Source of the DNA: Camelus ferus
Taxonomy: Eukaryota
NCBI RefSeq assembly: GCF_009834535.1
Contig: NC_045696.1
Span: 49,540,001 to 49,604,000 of the forward strand
Length of the DNA: 64,000 bases
Direction: 5' to 3'
Position numbers and translations under genes: made by a program. Position 1 is the stretch's first letter. Every line of letters begins with the position of its first letter. This document shows, one piece after another, positions 1 through 12,800 of the stretch. Below the pieces are notes generated by a model. That model saw only the letters and a list, made by a program, of their open reading frames with translations. It had not been told where the DNA came from and did no database searches.

Positions 1-285
1 AAAGAGCCTCATAATACAGAGAGCTGGTCTTCTGTGCATTTTCCTACTGCTGTCTAAGAGAACACTGACTGTGTGCAATACCTTCTTCTACTTTCTCAGT
101 GTATCCTCCAAGACCCTACAGCCACACGCAGGAAGGTGTTTTGTGGTGAATAAAGCACCAAATCAGCGGTCATAAATTCTGGATTCCTGTCCAAGTACAA
201 GTCTCTGACCACCGTGACCTTGAGAAGTTCTTAATTTTCCTGAAAAAATGGAAGTGCAAATTTCTTAAGTTTTATCCACCTTTTG

Positions 286-286
<1 letters not shown>

Positions 287-321
<35 letters not shown>

Positions 322-350
322 GGATAGATGGATAGATGGATAGATAGATA
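287..350. repeat. (GATA)n/(GATG) tetranucleotide microsatellite
   Basis: Direct reading: GATA run interrupted by GATG units. Confidence 0.97.
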
Positions 351-984
351 TAGTCCCCATTACAGCATTAGAAAATCAGGGAATAGGCATTGTGGATTTT
401 TATACTAAAATAAGAAAATGGGAATCTGAAAATCTGAATTGATTTTTTGTATTTTTCTCTATTCAAATGTCTGTGGTATATAGAGATGAGAAACAATCTG
501 TATCTCTCTGGAGAAATTATGGTGATATGGGTTGATAGACAAGGTGTAGAGGTGTTTGAGTCATGGACATAAATCTGTTCACAGACTTCTATTTCCTGAT
601 ATCAGCACAGCTGGAGCATTTATACAGCTAAGCTCACGCTCGTATGCTTGAATCATTTTAGACAAAGAGATGAGTTGTGCTAACACAGAACAGCACTTTA
701 AACAATACAAAGGTGACTTCAAGAATGTTCACTGATACAAACAGAAGGGATTGGGCATGATCCATCCAGTGCTAATCAACTCGGGGATTCAGGAGAGCTT
801 TATCCCCTACTCCATCCTTCCCCCCAGTACACAGTGTGTGTGTGGGTGAGGGCCGGGGGTAGGGTTGGTGAAGGGGCTATTTGAAAAACTTCAGTCTTTG
901 GTCTGAGAATTATAAAATTTTGTCTCTGGAGGAATGTTTTAACCTACATAACAGAAACACTTCTATTAGGAGGCAGTTGCCATA

Positions 985-1200
985 GAGAGTGTAGGTTCTG
1001 GTTAAAAGCTGAAAGTTAAAAGAATTGCTGGTCTGGTTCTCTTGAGCAAGTTGCTTGAAACTTCTGAGCCTCAGTTTTATCTGTGGGATGGTGACAATAA
1101 TATTCAGTTCCTAAACATAAAATAAATAATGCTATGGTAAAAATGCCTTGCAAACTGTAAAATACCGCACAAATATTAATTAATGGTGTTATCATAACAC
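985..1200 (+). mobile_element. MIR SINE fragment (approximate bounds)
   Basis: MIR core-like 'ttgagcaagttgcttgaaacttctgagcctcagttttatctgtgggatgg...ataata'. Confidence 0.6.
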
Positions 1201-1361
1201 AACTAACAAGGAGGCTATGCCAGGAGAATTTTTGAGGGAACCAAGAAAGCATGCTGTTTTCCCTTTCTCTTCAGTGGAGCATGTTTTCCCTTTCGATGTT
1301 TCCTATTTTTAAAACGTATACATACATATATCACCTTGAATGAGTGATGTTTTGTTCCTAG

Positions 1362-1470
1362 CATGGAAAGACCCCCGCCTTTCAAGCCCCCTCCACCTCC
1401 CATCAAGTACACTTGCATTCAGGAGTCCATCGGAAGTGATCTGCCTTGTCATGAGATGGAGACACTCTAG
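1362..1470 (+). CDS. CD96: CD96 (TACTILE) terminal coding exon, cytoplasmic tail; upstream exons lie outside the window
   Basis: Acceptor 'tttgttcctag|C' at 1361/1362. Translation (x)MERPPPFKPPPPPIKYTCIQESIGSDLPCHEMETL*, TAG at 1468-1470, matches the recalled CD96 C-terminus (Pro-rich stretch, ITIM IKYTCI, ending EMETL). CD96 lies directly upstream of PLCXD2 in mammals. Missed by the ORF track because it is under 60 aa. Confidence 0.95.
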
Positions 1471-2388
1471 TCCTCTGAGACTTCGCCACGCAGGCCGCAC
1501 TCTGCTGGAATCCTATGGGAAAGGTAGATACCGTGCTTTGTTAGTATAATCGCCCTCCAGCCAAGCCTCTGCTGCAGCTGAAACAGATGTCAGAAGTGAA
1601 TGACTTGTCTTCCCAGCAACTCACCCTCTTTCATCAGCCTGTGCCCGAAATTTAAACAAGAGTGAGCAGTTATGTCCTGCCGACACCCGGTGCCACCTGC
1701 AGGGATTTTCTTGCTTATGTAAGAAGTGTCAATTAGGTTATTGTCGTCAAAAAAATACTTGCAGTGTTTTTTTATTTTTCACTTTAAGTTCTCTGATTGA
1801 GGTGATGACAATGGTTTCCAGCATATGTCCTTACCAGATCCTCCTCTCTTTGGGCATCTGCCAACATTCTGAACAATTTGCCAATACTATGATAATCTCT
1901 GTTTGTCATGTTCCCTAGGAAAATGACAAGAGGAAAATGTGAAAGTTGTAACAAGAGTTCTGAAAAATGGGAATGTGCAATTAGTCTTTGAACTGAAATT
2001 CAGTTCTTTATCTTCCCTGGAGGAGAAGAGAATACCGTGCACAAGGACCCCGGTTCCAATCCTCCTTCACCCCGCCTCCCGTCGTGCTCATGGAAGGGGG
2101 AGGGAGCAGCAGGACGACTAGCTGACAACCACAGCCACGTAGCCTAGTAGATCTAACACTTTGCTGGCCTCTAAAATTATATGAGCTGAGTGGTCTCATC
2201 CTCAGCTTTACCTCTGAGTGTGTGTGTGTGTGTGTGCGTGCATCAGACTATTGGCAAACGTGTTATGTAAGTAAACAGGCAGTCTAAACCCAGTCCAACT
2301 CATCAAATTCCCATCATTCTCCTTTTCCTTTGGGACTTTGCTGTTCATCCAATCTGCCTGTTTTGGTCTGTCCTGAAACAGATCCTGA

Positions 2389-2541
2389 AATAAAGCACCT
2401 CAAATCAGACTAGCATTGATGAATTAACCCTACTCCCACCCATTTTTTATAGAACAGTTCAAACAGAACATATAGGTGATGGAGAAGAAATCTCGTCAAC
2501 CTGACCTGCTCTGTTTCTGGCAACAATAATGAGTGAATAAA
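2389..2541 (+). terminator. Candidate CD96 polyadenylation signals (AATAAA at 2389-2394 and 2536-2541)
   Basis: First canonical hexamers I found downstream of the CD96 stop. Which is used cannot be determined from sequence. Confidence 0.4.
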
Positions 2542-2674
2542 TTACTGATACCCCTTGTTGCTCTAAACCTCCCCACATCCCACAGCCCTAGGAGAGAAGA
2601 ACAGGTCTTGCTGTTAGATATGACAGGCACATTCTGTGTGGATTTCAGTCTCAATAGGAGCCTTTAGCTCATTT

Positions 2675-2850
2675 GCAGTGTACTTACTCCTGGCTGCACA
2701 TGAGAATGACTTGCAGAGTTGTTATTTTTTTGAAACATCATGGCCATCCCAACCCCTATCAATTAGATCGGAATCTCTGTGGAGTGAAGCCCACGAATAC
2801 CAGCATCCTAGATGATTCACGTTTTCAACCAAGGTTGAGAACTGCCAAAC
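2675..2850. mobile_element. MER5-like hAT-Charlie MITE
   Basis: 'cctggctgcacatgagaatgacttg...gaatctctgtggagtgaagccc...gatgattc...caaccaaggttgagaactgc' resembles MER5A/B termini and body. Confidence 0.7.
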
Positions 2851-3099
2851 CAGTGGCAGTCCCTTCTCACTAGTCAGAATCTTGGCTGAGTGCTTAACTC
2901 TTGTGATCCAAGATGTCGCCCAGGACTCTTGCCTCTTATGTGGTCCTCTCTGACACTTGATACAGCTGGCTTCTATGGCTGGACAGTACTAAGATAAGGC
3001 AAGCAAAGGACCTAGGCTATAAAATTTAAGGAGAAATTCACACTCAGAGTCATGCACTTGCACAATCTTGTGAGTGAGTACCAACCCCAGGCCTGGTAT

Positions 3100-3360
3100 A
3101 ACCAAGAAGGTACTGCAGAAATGACCAGAGTGTGACTTCCAAGGCTTTGTCACAAAATACTTTGTAGCTTCTTCCTTGATCTCTCTTTGATCACCTGCTC
3201 TGGAGGGAGCCAGTCACCATGCTGTGAGGGCACACAAGCAGCCCTACCAAGAGGTCCACCTGCCAAGGAACGAAGCCAGGCTTTTGAGTGAGCCATCTTG
3301 GAAATATATCCTCCTGCCCCAACTCAAGTCTTCAGATAACTGCATCCTCAGTTGATCTTT
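3100..3360 (+). mobile_element. MaLR (MLT1-type) LTR fragment
   Basis: 'gtgtgacttccaaggc...gggagccagtcaccatgctgtgagggcacacaagcagccct...agaggtccac' is typical of the MLT1 body. Confidence 0.65.
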
Positions 3361-4109
3361 TGGCGGGGACCCTCAGTTTCTCATTCGTTCTCAAGAAAGA
3401 AATAAGACTAACTTCTATATGTATGACTATTGCTTCATGTATAGTTATTTTTATTTAATAAACCTTAATTATCAGTAATTTATGGAAAGGTCATTGTGGT
3501 TTTATTTTGCTGTTTCATTAGGTGACATGAATACAGGTAGAAGTATTGGGGTAGAAAGTGGCAGAATTGGATTATTTTAGTAAAGGGATAGACGGTGTAC
3601 AGTACAAGTCATATAATCTTTTAGTCTATCACATAACGAGTGTCTTACATTGTTTTTGTCTTAACCTCCTCTTTGAAGTACCCTCCTTGGGTTTTATAAG
3701 TAAGATCTGGTTCACATTTGTAAATCCATCTCCAACTTGAGTAGAGTGAACAGTTGCTCCTTCATGGAGGGATACTCATTCAGTGGTTCAGAGGAATTTT
3801 CTGCAACATAGAAGGACTCTAGATATTTTTTAGGCAGTGCTATGATCTTAACCTCCTTCATTTGACTAATATGATGCTTTCACCTGCACCTTAAAATTGT
3901 GTGCAAGTAAGTTCTTAGAGCCTGTTTCAAACCAGCCGCTCCTCTCACTAGAAATGGGTTTAGTTCTTTCCCGCAGGAGTAGCAACACTGGACTCTAATC
4001 CCTAAGGTTTCTACATGTCTTCATCATTGGCTTCATTTTCACTGAAAGAAATAGTACATAAGCATTTTCATCAATCATTTCCAAAGCACAGTGTGTTAGA
4101 TAACATTGT

Positions 4110-4495
4110 TGTTCAGAAGTATTCACTTCTTTACCTACCTGTATCATAAGTACTCCTTGACTTTGAAATTGGCCATATGATTTCCTTTGGACAGTGGAAT
4201 ATCATGAACATGACTAACCCAAGACTTGGAAGGCACTTGTATGGTTGGACTCACTCTCTTGTTCACTGTCATTACCATAAGAAGAACATTTTCAGGCTAG
4301 CCTGTTAGCTCCAAGAAGAAGATGAGAGAATCATGGATCAGAGCAGAACCACTCAAGCCAGGCCCAGTTTAGACCAACCAACTTCCAATGCAACCAACCA
4401 ATGCAACTCAAATGTGCATTATTAAATATTGTTATATGCTACTGAAATTGTGTGATTGTTACATAGCATTATTGTAGCAAAAGTAATCTATACAC
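4110..4495 (+). mobile_element. Old MLT1-type LTR
   Basis: 'ggccatatgatttcctttggacagtggaat' near the start; ends 'gattgttacatagcattattgtagcaaaagtaatctataca', like an MLT1 3' terminus. Confidence 0.6.
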
Positions 4496-5499
4496 ATAAG
4501 TCCCAAGGCAGGCATATTTTAGTCCTAGGGTGAGAGATAAAATCAAACTTAACCTAATCAAAATAGTCTTTCCCTTGATTCAGCCTAAGTTTTGTTTTGA
4601 CTGATGAACATATGGTTGGCTTGACCAAATTAACTTTACGGTGTAGGTCTTTAAATCATAAAATATTTGATCATGATGGGCATTAGAATTCATATTACAA
4701 ATAAAGAGTTAGAAACTCTGTAACGTTGACTTACCCAAGGTTACATAATTAGCAGTGATAGAGCCAAAATGATGACCCAGCTCTCTGATTTCCAGTCCAG
4801 AGTGTGATCAGTCTCCATTATATCATGATATCTAATTGCTTTGGTATCTCCTTTTACTATAGACAAGAGCTGTTTTATGTGCACTTAAGTAAATACTGAT
4901 TTTTTTTTAATGCCCAGGTAGTATATTCCAAATGTTGTTGTCAGATAACAAAGAAAAGTAGAGATAATGAGCCCTTGGAGTGGGATGGCCAAGAGAGTGT
5001 GCAGAAAAAATGACTAGGAAATGAAAAGAGGAAAGAAAGTGATCACGATCAGAAGCTGGAAAGAAAATTTAAAAACTAATCATGGCCAGTGACAGTGAAA
5101 AGAGCCTTGTCTTAGGGGCTCTGAGCAGAGGAGAAACTTCTCTGAGGGTGGACATACATAGCCCGAGTTTGTGGCAACAGCAGTCACAGCCGTGCCAACC
5201 AGCTAAAGCTCAAGTGTCCAGCAGAGACAGCTGAAATGCCGAGTGAAAGTTACCACCATGGGAGGAAAAGACATTAACTGGCAGAAATGGGCTGAGGTTC
5301 CAGCCAGAAACACATGGTGAAATGGTGGAAACAGAGCATTTTATTTCTCAGCTCTTGCAAAGAGGCTTTTTTCTGGATTCTGTGATAACTACCAAGCTGC
5401 ATGCTACAGCCAGGAAGATGTAACAAAGTCCAACAGAGCAAATATACTTGAGTAGAGACCTTGATATCTGAGACATAGTGATGGGACTTGAAACCTTAC

Positions 5500-8230
5500 C
5501 GAAGGATTATACCAGGAGGGCTCAATGATAGAACATCTCTCAATGTAATTTACCATATAAATAGGGTTTAGGAAGAAAAGTGTAGGATTAATCTCCGTAG
5601 ATGCTTTAAAAGCCTTTGATAAAATTCAACACTCATTCCTAATAAAAGCTCTTGAGAAAATGGGATATTCCTTAACTCTAGATGTACATAAGGTGTGTGT
5701 GCATATCTATACCTATTAATATATAACTATATATACACACACACAAACATATACTATAGTGTGTATATATACACATGGCCATATTATATACTGTACTAGA
5801 ATTATAGTATATAAAATTACTGCAACTGTAACTATGCAAATATATGTATATAACCAGATCCAATGAAAGGAAAGATGGATAAATTTGACTACTTAAACAT
5901 AATTCACATGGAAAAAAAGCAAAGTCAAAAGGCAAATGATAAACTAGGTGAAAATATTCACAACATATCTCATGAATAAAAAGTAATAAAGAACTTACAA
6001 ATATTGAGGATAAAAAAAGCTGGAAAATTCTGTGGAAAAATGGGCTAAGGATATGATACCAATGAGTCACCAAAAAAAGGTACAAAAGTAACTCTTAAAC
6101 ACTTGAAAAAATTTCAGGTTCATTCACATTGAAAGAAATGCAAATCAAAACTTCACTGAGACATTGTTTCTTCCTCATTCACTTGTCAAGAATTTGAAAA
6201 GTTTGACAACATGCTCTGTTGTCAAGGCTGTGGGGGAACAGGCACTCTCATATATTGCTGAAGGGAATGCAAGATGGTACCACCACTACAGAGAGGAATT
6301 GACAATATCGAACAAAACTCCATATTAATTTATCCTTTGACTTAGCAACTTCTCTTCAGGAATTTACCCTGAAGCTCAGCTTCCAATGACATCAAACTAT
6401 ATATGCACAAAGTTATTCCTGGGAGCATTATTTGTCATTGCCAACTACTAAAAACGATCCAAATGTACAAACATAGGAGATTGATTGAATAAACTATAGT
6501 AAATACACAAAATGGCAAACTGCACAGCTGTGAAAACAAGAAAGAAGAAAATCTCTATTGACTAATATGGAGTGATTTCCGGGAGTTAGTATGAAGAGAA
6601 AAAAAGCAAAGTGCAAAGAGTATGTAATATGCTACTTCTGTGTAAGAAAGAAGGAAAAATTAAAAAGTATATTTATGTAAATACATATAATTTATATTAT
6701 ATGATGTCCATCTATCCCTATGATGGTGGTAAGCTTGACAGTGCAGTGGACACGTGTGTTGTATTGCAAGTATATGTACATGCCTAGTTTCCCCAGATCT
6801 GTCTTTTGAATGGACCAAGAGGCAAAGATATTCTGGTAGCAGTAAACACGCCTGACACTCAGATTTTGGCCACTAATATAATTTCATGCTGAAAGGAATA
6901 AAAACTTTTCAGAGAAATATCTGATGAGGGACAAAGTAGATACAATATGAGATCGGACTATCTTCTTACGCCAGAAAATAAGAACATATTCCAAAAAATG
7001 CTAGGGGTATGTCAGAAAGACACAGGGGTCAGCTTGACATCTCCTGCTGGTCAAACCTAGGACAATTTAAGCACCAATATAATTACCTATACAATGAGTT
7101 AGAACCCATTGAGAAAAGTAGGAATTCATGAATCCTTACCAGTAATAGATGACAGACATAAGGTGAGGGGGAGAGAGAAAAGGGAGGAAGGAAGGGATGA
7201 ATGAAGGAAAAGAAAAGCAAAGAAGAAAGGAAGGAAGGAAGAAAAGGAAAGAAAGAAAAGGAAGGGAGAGAGAAGGGAAAGAAGGGAATAGAGGGCTGTT
7301 GCCTACAGTAGAATGCTGAGAGCTGACTAGTAAGTACCGAAGTGCTGAAGTTGGAAACTTACCATTTCATAATCATTATAGTAAAGATTGAATCAGTCTA
7401 GATTCATCATCAAATACTAAATTAACGAAATTTTAATGACAATCAGGCTATTCTCATGGTCTCTAATGGTCCACCTGAAGTAAGCTTATTAGCTGCAAGG
7501 GAGGAAAAAAGAAACAGTAATTATGTAGTGGAGAAATTAGACAACCATTTGATCAAGTGATCAAAATTAACATCAGTGACAGACAGATGGACACCCTGCT
7601 CCTTTAGATGTCATACCCTGAGAAGGACACACTATCTCCTGTGTAATATTAAGGCAGAGAATGAATAACCTGAATCCAGTCACAAAGTAGCATCAAATAA
7701 GACACAAAATAGGAAATGCCTAAAGGCAAAAAAGGAGGGGAGCTCTGAAAATATTCCAGATTAAAGAAGGCTAAAAAGACATGACAATTAATTGCACTAT
7801 GTAACTCTAGACTAGATCCTTTACTGTAGGAGAATAAAAGCTATAAAAGAAATCTGGCAAATCAGATCTGACATTTGTCAGAGCAGCTGAGAAAACTGAA
7901 ATATAAGCATGAAACTAGATTAAAGTATTGATAACTCTGCTGTGGTTATCTAAGAGAATTTTCCTACTCTTAGAAAATGCACACTGTAGTATTTAGGGTA
8001 AATGGCCATGATGTATATAACTTACTCTCAGGTGGGTATGTGCGCATGGGTATGTAATACACACACATGCATGCATGCGTATGTACATTTACATGCAGGG
8101 AGAGAGAACAGCAGGTGATAAAATATTAACAATAGATAAATCTAGGTAAAGGGAATATGCAGGGTTTTTTATTCTACTGTTTTTATTTTTGCAAACTTTT
8201 TAAAAAGTTTTTTCCAAAAAGAAAGCTTAA
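5500..8230 (+). mobile_element. Degenerate old L1 (L1M-type) fragments: ORF2 pieces and 3' region, interrupted by low-complexity DNA
   Basis: 'gatgctttaaaagcctttgataaaattcaacactcattc' resembles the RT motif DAEKAFDKIQHPF. Typical ORF2 3' sequence at 5860-6660 ('aaagaaatgcaaatcaaaac','gaacaggcactctcatatattgctg'); L1MC/MD-like 3' UTR to about 8230. Confidence 0.75.
7165..7295. repeat. Purine-rich (GA/GGAA/GAAA) low-complexity tract
   Basis: About 130 bp of almost pure purines on the + strand. Confidence 0.85.
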
Positions 8231-9514
8231 GGAAGAAAGTTCTTAAGACCCTAATAAATAATACTTAATTTGATTCAAAACCAGCCTATTTTTCCAAACA
8301 TTACAGCCCTTAGTCATTATGACAAGATACCAAGATCCATTTCTTTGGAGGAGTTTCCTCTCTATTTCTGGGTGTTATTTAATCTCAAAGTTCAGAATAA
8401 AATAAATGAGGATTCATCCTGCAAGTTGACTGTTTTTGTTTCATTTCTGGGTCCTATTCTGTCCATAGGTACTGGCTGGGACCCACCAAAACTTCAGTCA
8501 GTTTTTCTTTCTTAAGGAAATGAATGGACCCCTTTGATTTCCCCAGAACTCCAGGGCAGACTTTTCCTCTCACCATTAAACCACTTTATATCAAAGGAGA
8601 CTAAGCTGTCTCTCCGGAATTCACCCAAGAGAGAAACTCCAGTTCCTGCTCAAGCCCTTGGGCAGTGTTTTCTGCTAAGTGACACCTTAGCAGAAATTAT
8701 GGAAACAGTTCACAGTTACAGCAGTGCCCGCAGCGGGACCCCGCCCACGGGCATAGTGGGGGCGGGCTCTGGCTCAGGGTGCAGCTTCCCACCTGGGGCT
8801 CCCCAAGCAGAAGTGGGGGCAGAAGACCCAGCAACCACCTCCCTTTCTTCTCCTAGAGAACTTTATTCCTCTCTCCAAGTTTTTACCAAACAGCTTGACC
8901 AATTTGTATGTGTTCAGTAAATACTTACTTTGAAGATGCACTGAGACTTAAGTTTGGTTTACTGAGACCAAACTTTTTAGTCTGTTGTGTTGCTTGGGTA
9001 GCATGTTCAAATCAGAACTCAGAGTTAAGGAAATGCATGCAGTGAACTCCTCTGTGGGACTGGAATGCCTGTGGAGACAGCTCAGCACCCCCAGAGTGAG
9101 CAGAAGCCCTGGGCCAGGTTAGCACTCAGTTCAGTACTGTGTGCACGAATGGTCTGGGTGATGACAAATGAGTGAAGGAGAGATAGAAAAGTCCCTTGTG
9201 GAACAGAGAACTGAGGTGACAGTCTCTAACTAAATCTGGTGAGCTGAGATTTTGTTTGACTCATTCCATGTCATGGATCAGTACATCCACTTACATCTAT
9301 ATTCTTCAAAATGTTCTTATTGTGCAAGGCCAGTCAGGCTAGAGGAGATCAGGGTCTAAATCTGGGTGGGTTGACAGATGCCTTAGATTGAACAGGTTTC
9401 TAGGTCAGTTTCAAAGTTTCACTCCTGTGGGTGGAATCAGTCAGATATCCACAGGTGCCGAGAGAAAGCCAGACCCAGGGAATCGGTGAAGACTAAACTA
9501 AGGACACACAAACA

Positions 9515-9825
9515 CCATCAGGGGTGAGGGGAATGAGATGTTGGTCAAAGGGCACAAACTTCCAGTTGTAAGAGGAACAAATTCTGAGGAATCTAAAGTA
9601 CAGCAGGGTGACTGTAGTTAACAATACTGTATTGTATACTTGAAAGTTGCTAAACGAATTGATCTTAAATGTCCTCACCATAACAACAAAAAAAGGTAAT
9701 TATGTGATGCGAAGAATGTGTTAACTAACTTTATTGTGGTTAACATTTCCCAACATATGCATGTATCACCTCATCACCTTGTACACACTTACACAATGTT
9801 ATGTGTCAGTTACTCTCAGTAAGAC
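9515..9825 (+). mobile_element. L1 3' UTR fragment (L1MA9-like)
   Basis: 'ttggtcaaagggcacaaacttccagttgtaag...gtgactgtagttaacaatactgtattgtatacttgaaagttgctaa...gatcttaaatgtcctcacca' is a characteristic L1MA 3' end. Confidence 0.85.
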
Positions 9826-12800
9826 CCCGGGGGAAGAACGCCAGTTAGCCAGGTGAGGAGCTGTGGTCTGAAACTCTGAGAGCAAGAACAGATCTCAACA
9901 TGTCAGAGAATAGCCATGGGAGTTCGTTCTATAGGTGAAGCTTTTACCTGATGGAGAGTAGAAGTCTTAGGTAGGAATTTTTTGGTCCCCTGCTCTTTGA
10001 AGGAGATAGTCACGTCTCCAGTGGCAAGAGAAATCTGGCCTGTGTCACTGACTGTTAACCTGCTGTTGCTCCAAGTTGCCTAAGGTTTGGGCAAATGGAT
10101 ACTAGTTCAAGCTGTGGCCTCACATCCACGTGTGGTCTTCCACCTCACCGAGTGGGTTGGAGCTTGAGTGAACCAAGAATCTTTGCTGTGTCTAATAAGC
10201 TTTTTGGTACCTTTCCCTCAGACCTGAGACTTTCATCTTGGGGGACATGAATGCCCAGGGATATGGGTGTGTGCCAGAAGGGACTCGAAGCCACAAGATA
10301 AACATAGCACATCTAGAACATCAATTTTATTCAAGTGTAGTCTACACATAACAAAGTTTGAATGAATTTGTTAAACAAACAAACAAAACATGCAACTTGA
10401 AAGAAATGCCATGATAAGTGCTTGCCTTACAGGGCTCCAGAGAGTACACGTTTACCGTTCCCCAGGGTTAGGGCATCTCAGGTGGAAGAGCTGGGGAATT
10501 CTGCTCTCGGGCCACACACATACCAGTCCTGCCACCGTGAAGGTGCTGGAAGCGCCAAAGGTGACTCCTATCCTGGCCTTTCATTCTCCTCACTCTGAGA
10601 ACATCACTAAGTGTCTTCTGAGACTGGCTTGCTGAGGTCAGAGCATCTCATCCTGGGTGCTGAATGTGGGGAGGGGGTAGAGAAAATGTTGAGCTGTCCA
10701 AGAGGCTAGAGTATGTAACCAATGTAAACACTTTATTAGAAAACTACTCCCAAAACCACAATTCAAATTTTTGCCGGCTGCAGCATGACCTTAGAATATC
10801 AGTTCCATATTTATGTAAAAATGTTCCAGTCATCCCAGGCCTAGCAAAAGAAGTCAAAGATTTGAGTAAAGCAAAGTAATAAAGAGGAGAGGAAGGAATG
10901 GCTTCAGTGTGTAAAGATGCAGTTTTACAGCTGCAGGAGGGAAAATACAGAATATGATTGGAAAAAAGGTCAATCTTCCATCGGACCCTGCTACCTTCAG
11001 AGAGAGTTGATAAGGGAAAAACACCAAAGATTTATTATTTTTATTTACTTAGAAATTATTTACTTTGTCTTTTTAAAAAAAGAATTATTTACGTTGGTTG
11101 AAGTTGTTTTTTCAAACTTGTAACTTTAATAATGAAGTTAGGAGAGAAGGACAATATCTCCTCCCAGCTACCCTGATATTTACTCCTTGGGTGATGCGGC
11201 ATCATCGTATTTCCAACTGATGCCAGCAACCCAATATGCAGAATCAGGTCATTAAAAAAGAATGTACTCCTTTTAAAAATTAACTCTGCTAAATGAATAA
11301 CAAATGTACAGAGGTCATTCTAATTTCGACTGCAGGTCAAATGATTAAGAATATACACACTAGTACGCACGCGTTCTCCTAAGAGCTTATGTCACTCATA
11401 ATTCCAGGAACCTTGGGGCAGGGTAATTAGGGAGAGCACTTGGTTTTCCTGCCAGTTAAACCAAAATGGTTTTCTCTGATTGCTTAAATTTACATACAAC
11501 ATGGACAAGAACTGCAAAAATTGATTGACATTTCAAAGTCTTGATTTAAAGCTTTTGGGACGTAAAAGTCCCCCCGAGGAAATTTTTTTAAAAGGCAGAA
11601 AAAAAGGCACCCCAGGGGATCTGATTCAGTAGGGTTGCAGTGTGACCCAGGAATCTGTATTTTATATAACCTCCCAGCTGTTCTTACCGGTGCCGGTGAC
11701 ATGGAGATATTTTTTCAGGGTAATTGAAACAGAGCAAACTCACTGTGCGCATGAAGTGTGCCTTTACTACCAGAAGGTGGCTCCATAACATATTAAATCA
11801 GGCACTTTGCAGCTTGACCAGCTAACTAACTGGAAAATAAAGGTCTTCAGCCTCTCAGTTACCTTTTTGGTGACGGGGTGGGTGGGAAGGGGGAGCGCAA
11901 GAGGGTGCAGGAGTATGGCGCACTAGAAGGAATAAATGGACATTAAACTAATTTTACCATCATCTCTTGTTTTTAGCTTCTCTCAAAAGTATTATAACAA
12001 CATTTGTTAATAGCAGGGTGTATGTATCTTTTTGAATTAACTCTTATTTTGTGGTTGGCTTTATTCCTTTGATAACTAAGTTTAAAAAGCTAAAGCTCTA
12101 AACATCCTTAGAAATAATGAGCAGTACATATATGTAATTTTTTTTAATGTGTAGTCAAAAGTAAATAAGTAAAGAAATAAATAAATGATTAAGAAGTATG
12201 ATAGCAACATTGTGTTGTTAAAGGAAATTTTCTTTAAATATACCAGAAACACTTGATGTCTAATAATATAAAAGGCAGAGAGGCTCCCAGAACCTGCCTG
12301 ACCACCAAGCTTTCACGTTCAGGAGGAACAATGCTTTGGCCGGCTACTGTGGCATTCACTTCTGTCTCCTACAGAATCCCTGTGTGGGCTTAAATGCTGG
12401 GTGGGCATGAGGTGATACCACACTAGTGACCAGCCGCTGCTCTCTTACTCACATTCTTAAAGGCACTCACCTGGGTATGATCTGGAACTGGGTCACAATA
12501 ATGTGGTCCCTGGCTCTAGTCCCTGATCAACAAAGTAACTGATCCCCAGCTCCTGACTCATTCCTGAATGTCTGAGTTGTATCATCTGTGCTCCCAAGGC
12601 AGTGTGCTTGGCTACCTGCCCTTACATGAACACTCCTGAGTGTCTCGAGCTGCTGCAGTGATGTCACTGTTCCTGAAGGTAATTGTTGCTACTGTCATCA
12701 TGTCCTTAGCACCACCCACATGGGTGACATTTCTTCATTCTACTCTGATCCTTATCACATAGTTTTCTGGTCTTGAATTGGGGAAAGGAGGTTGGGAATG

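Noticed and set aside
1340..1549. 69-aa + strand ORF over the CD96 exon
   Set aside because: Wrong frame; the CD96 frame runs from the acceptor at 1362 to TAG 1470.
5678..6085. 135-aa hydrophobic minus-strand ORF
   Set aside because: Antisense of A-rich L1 and TA-rich low-complexity DNA.
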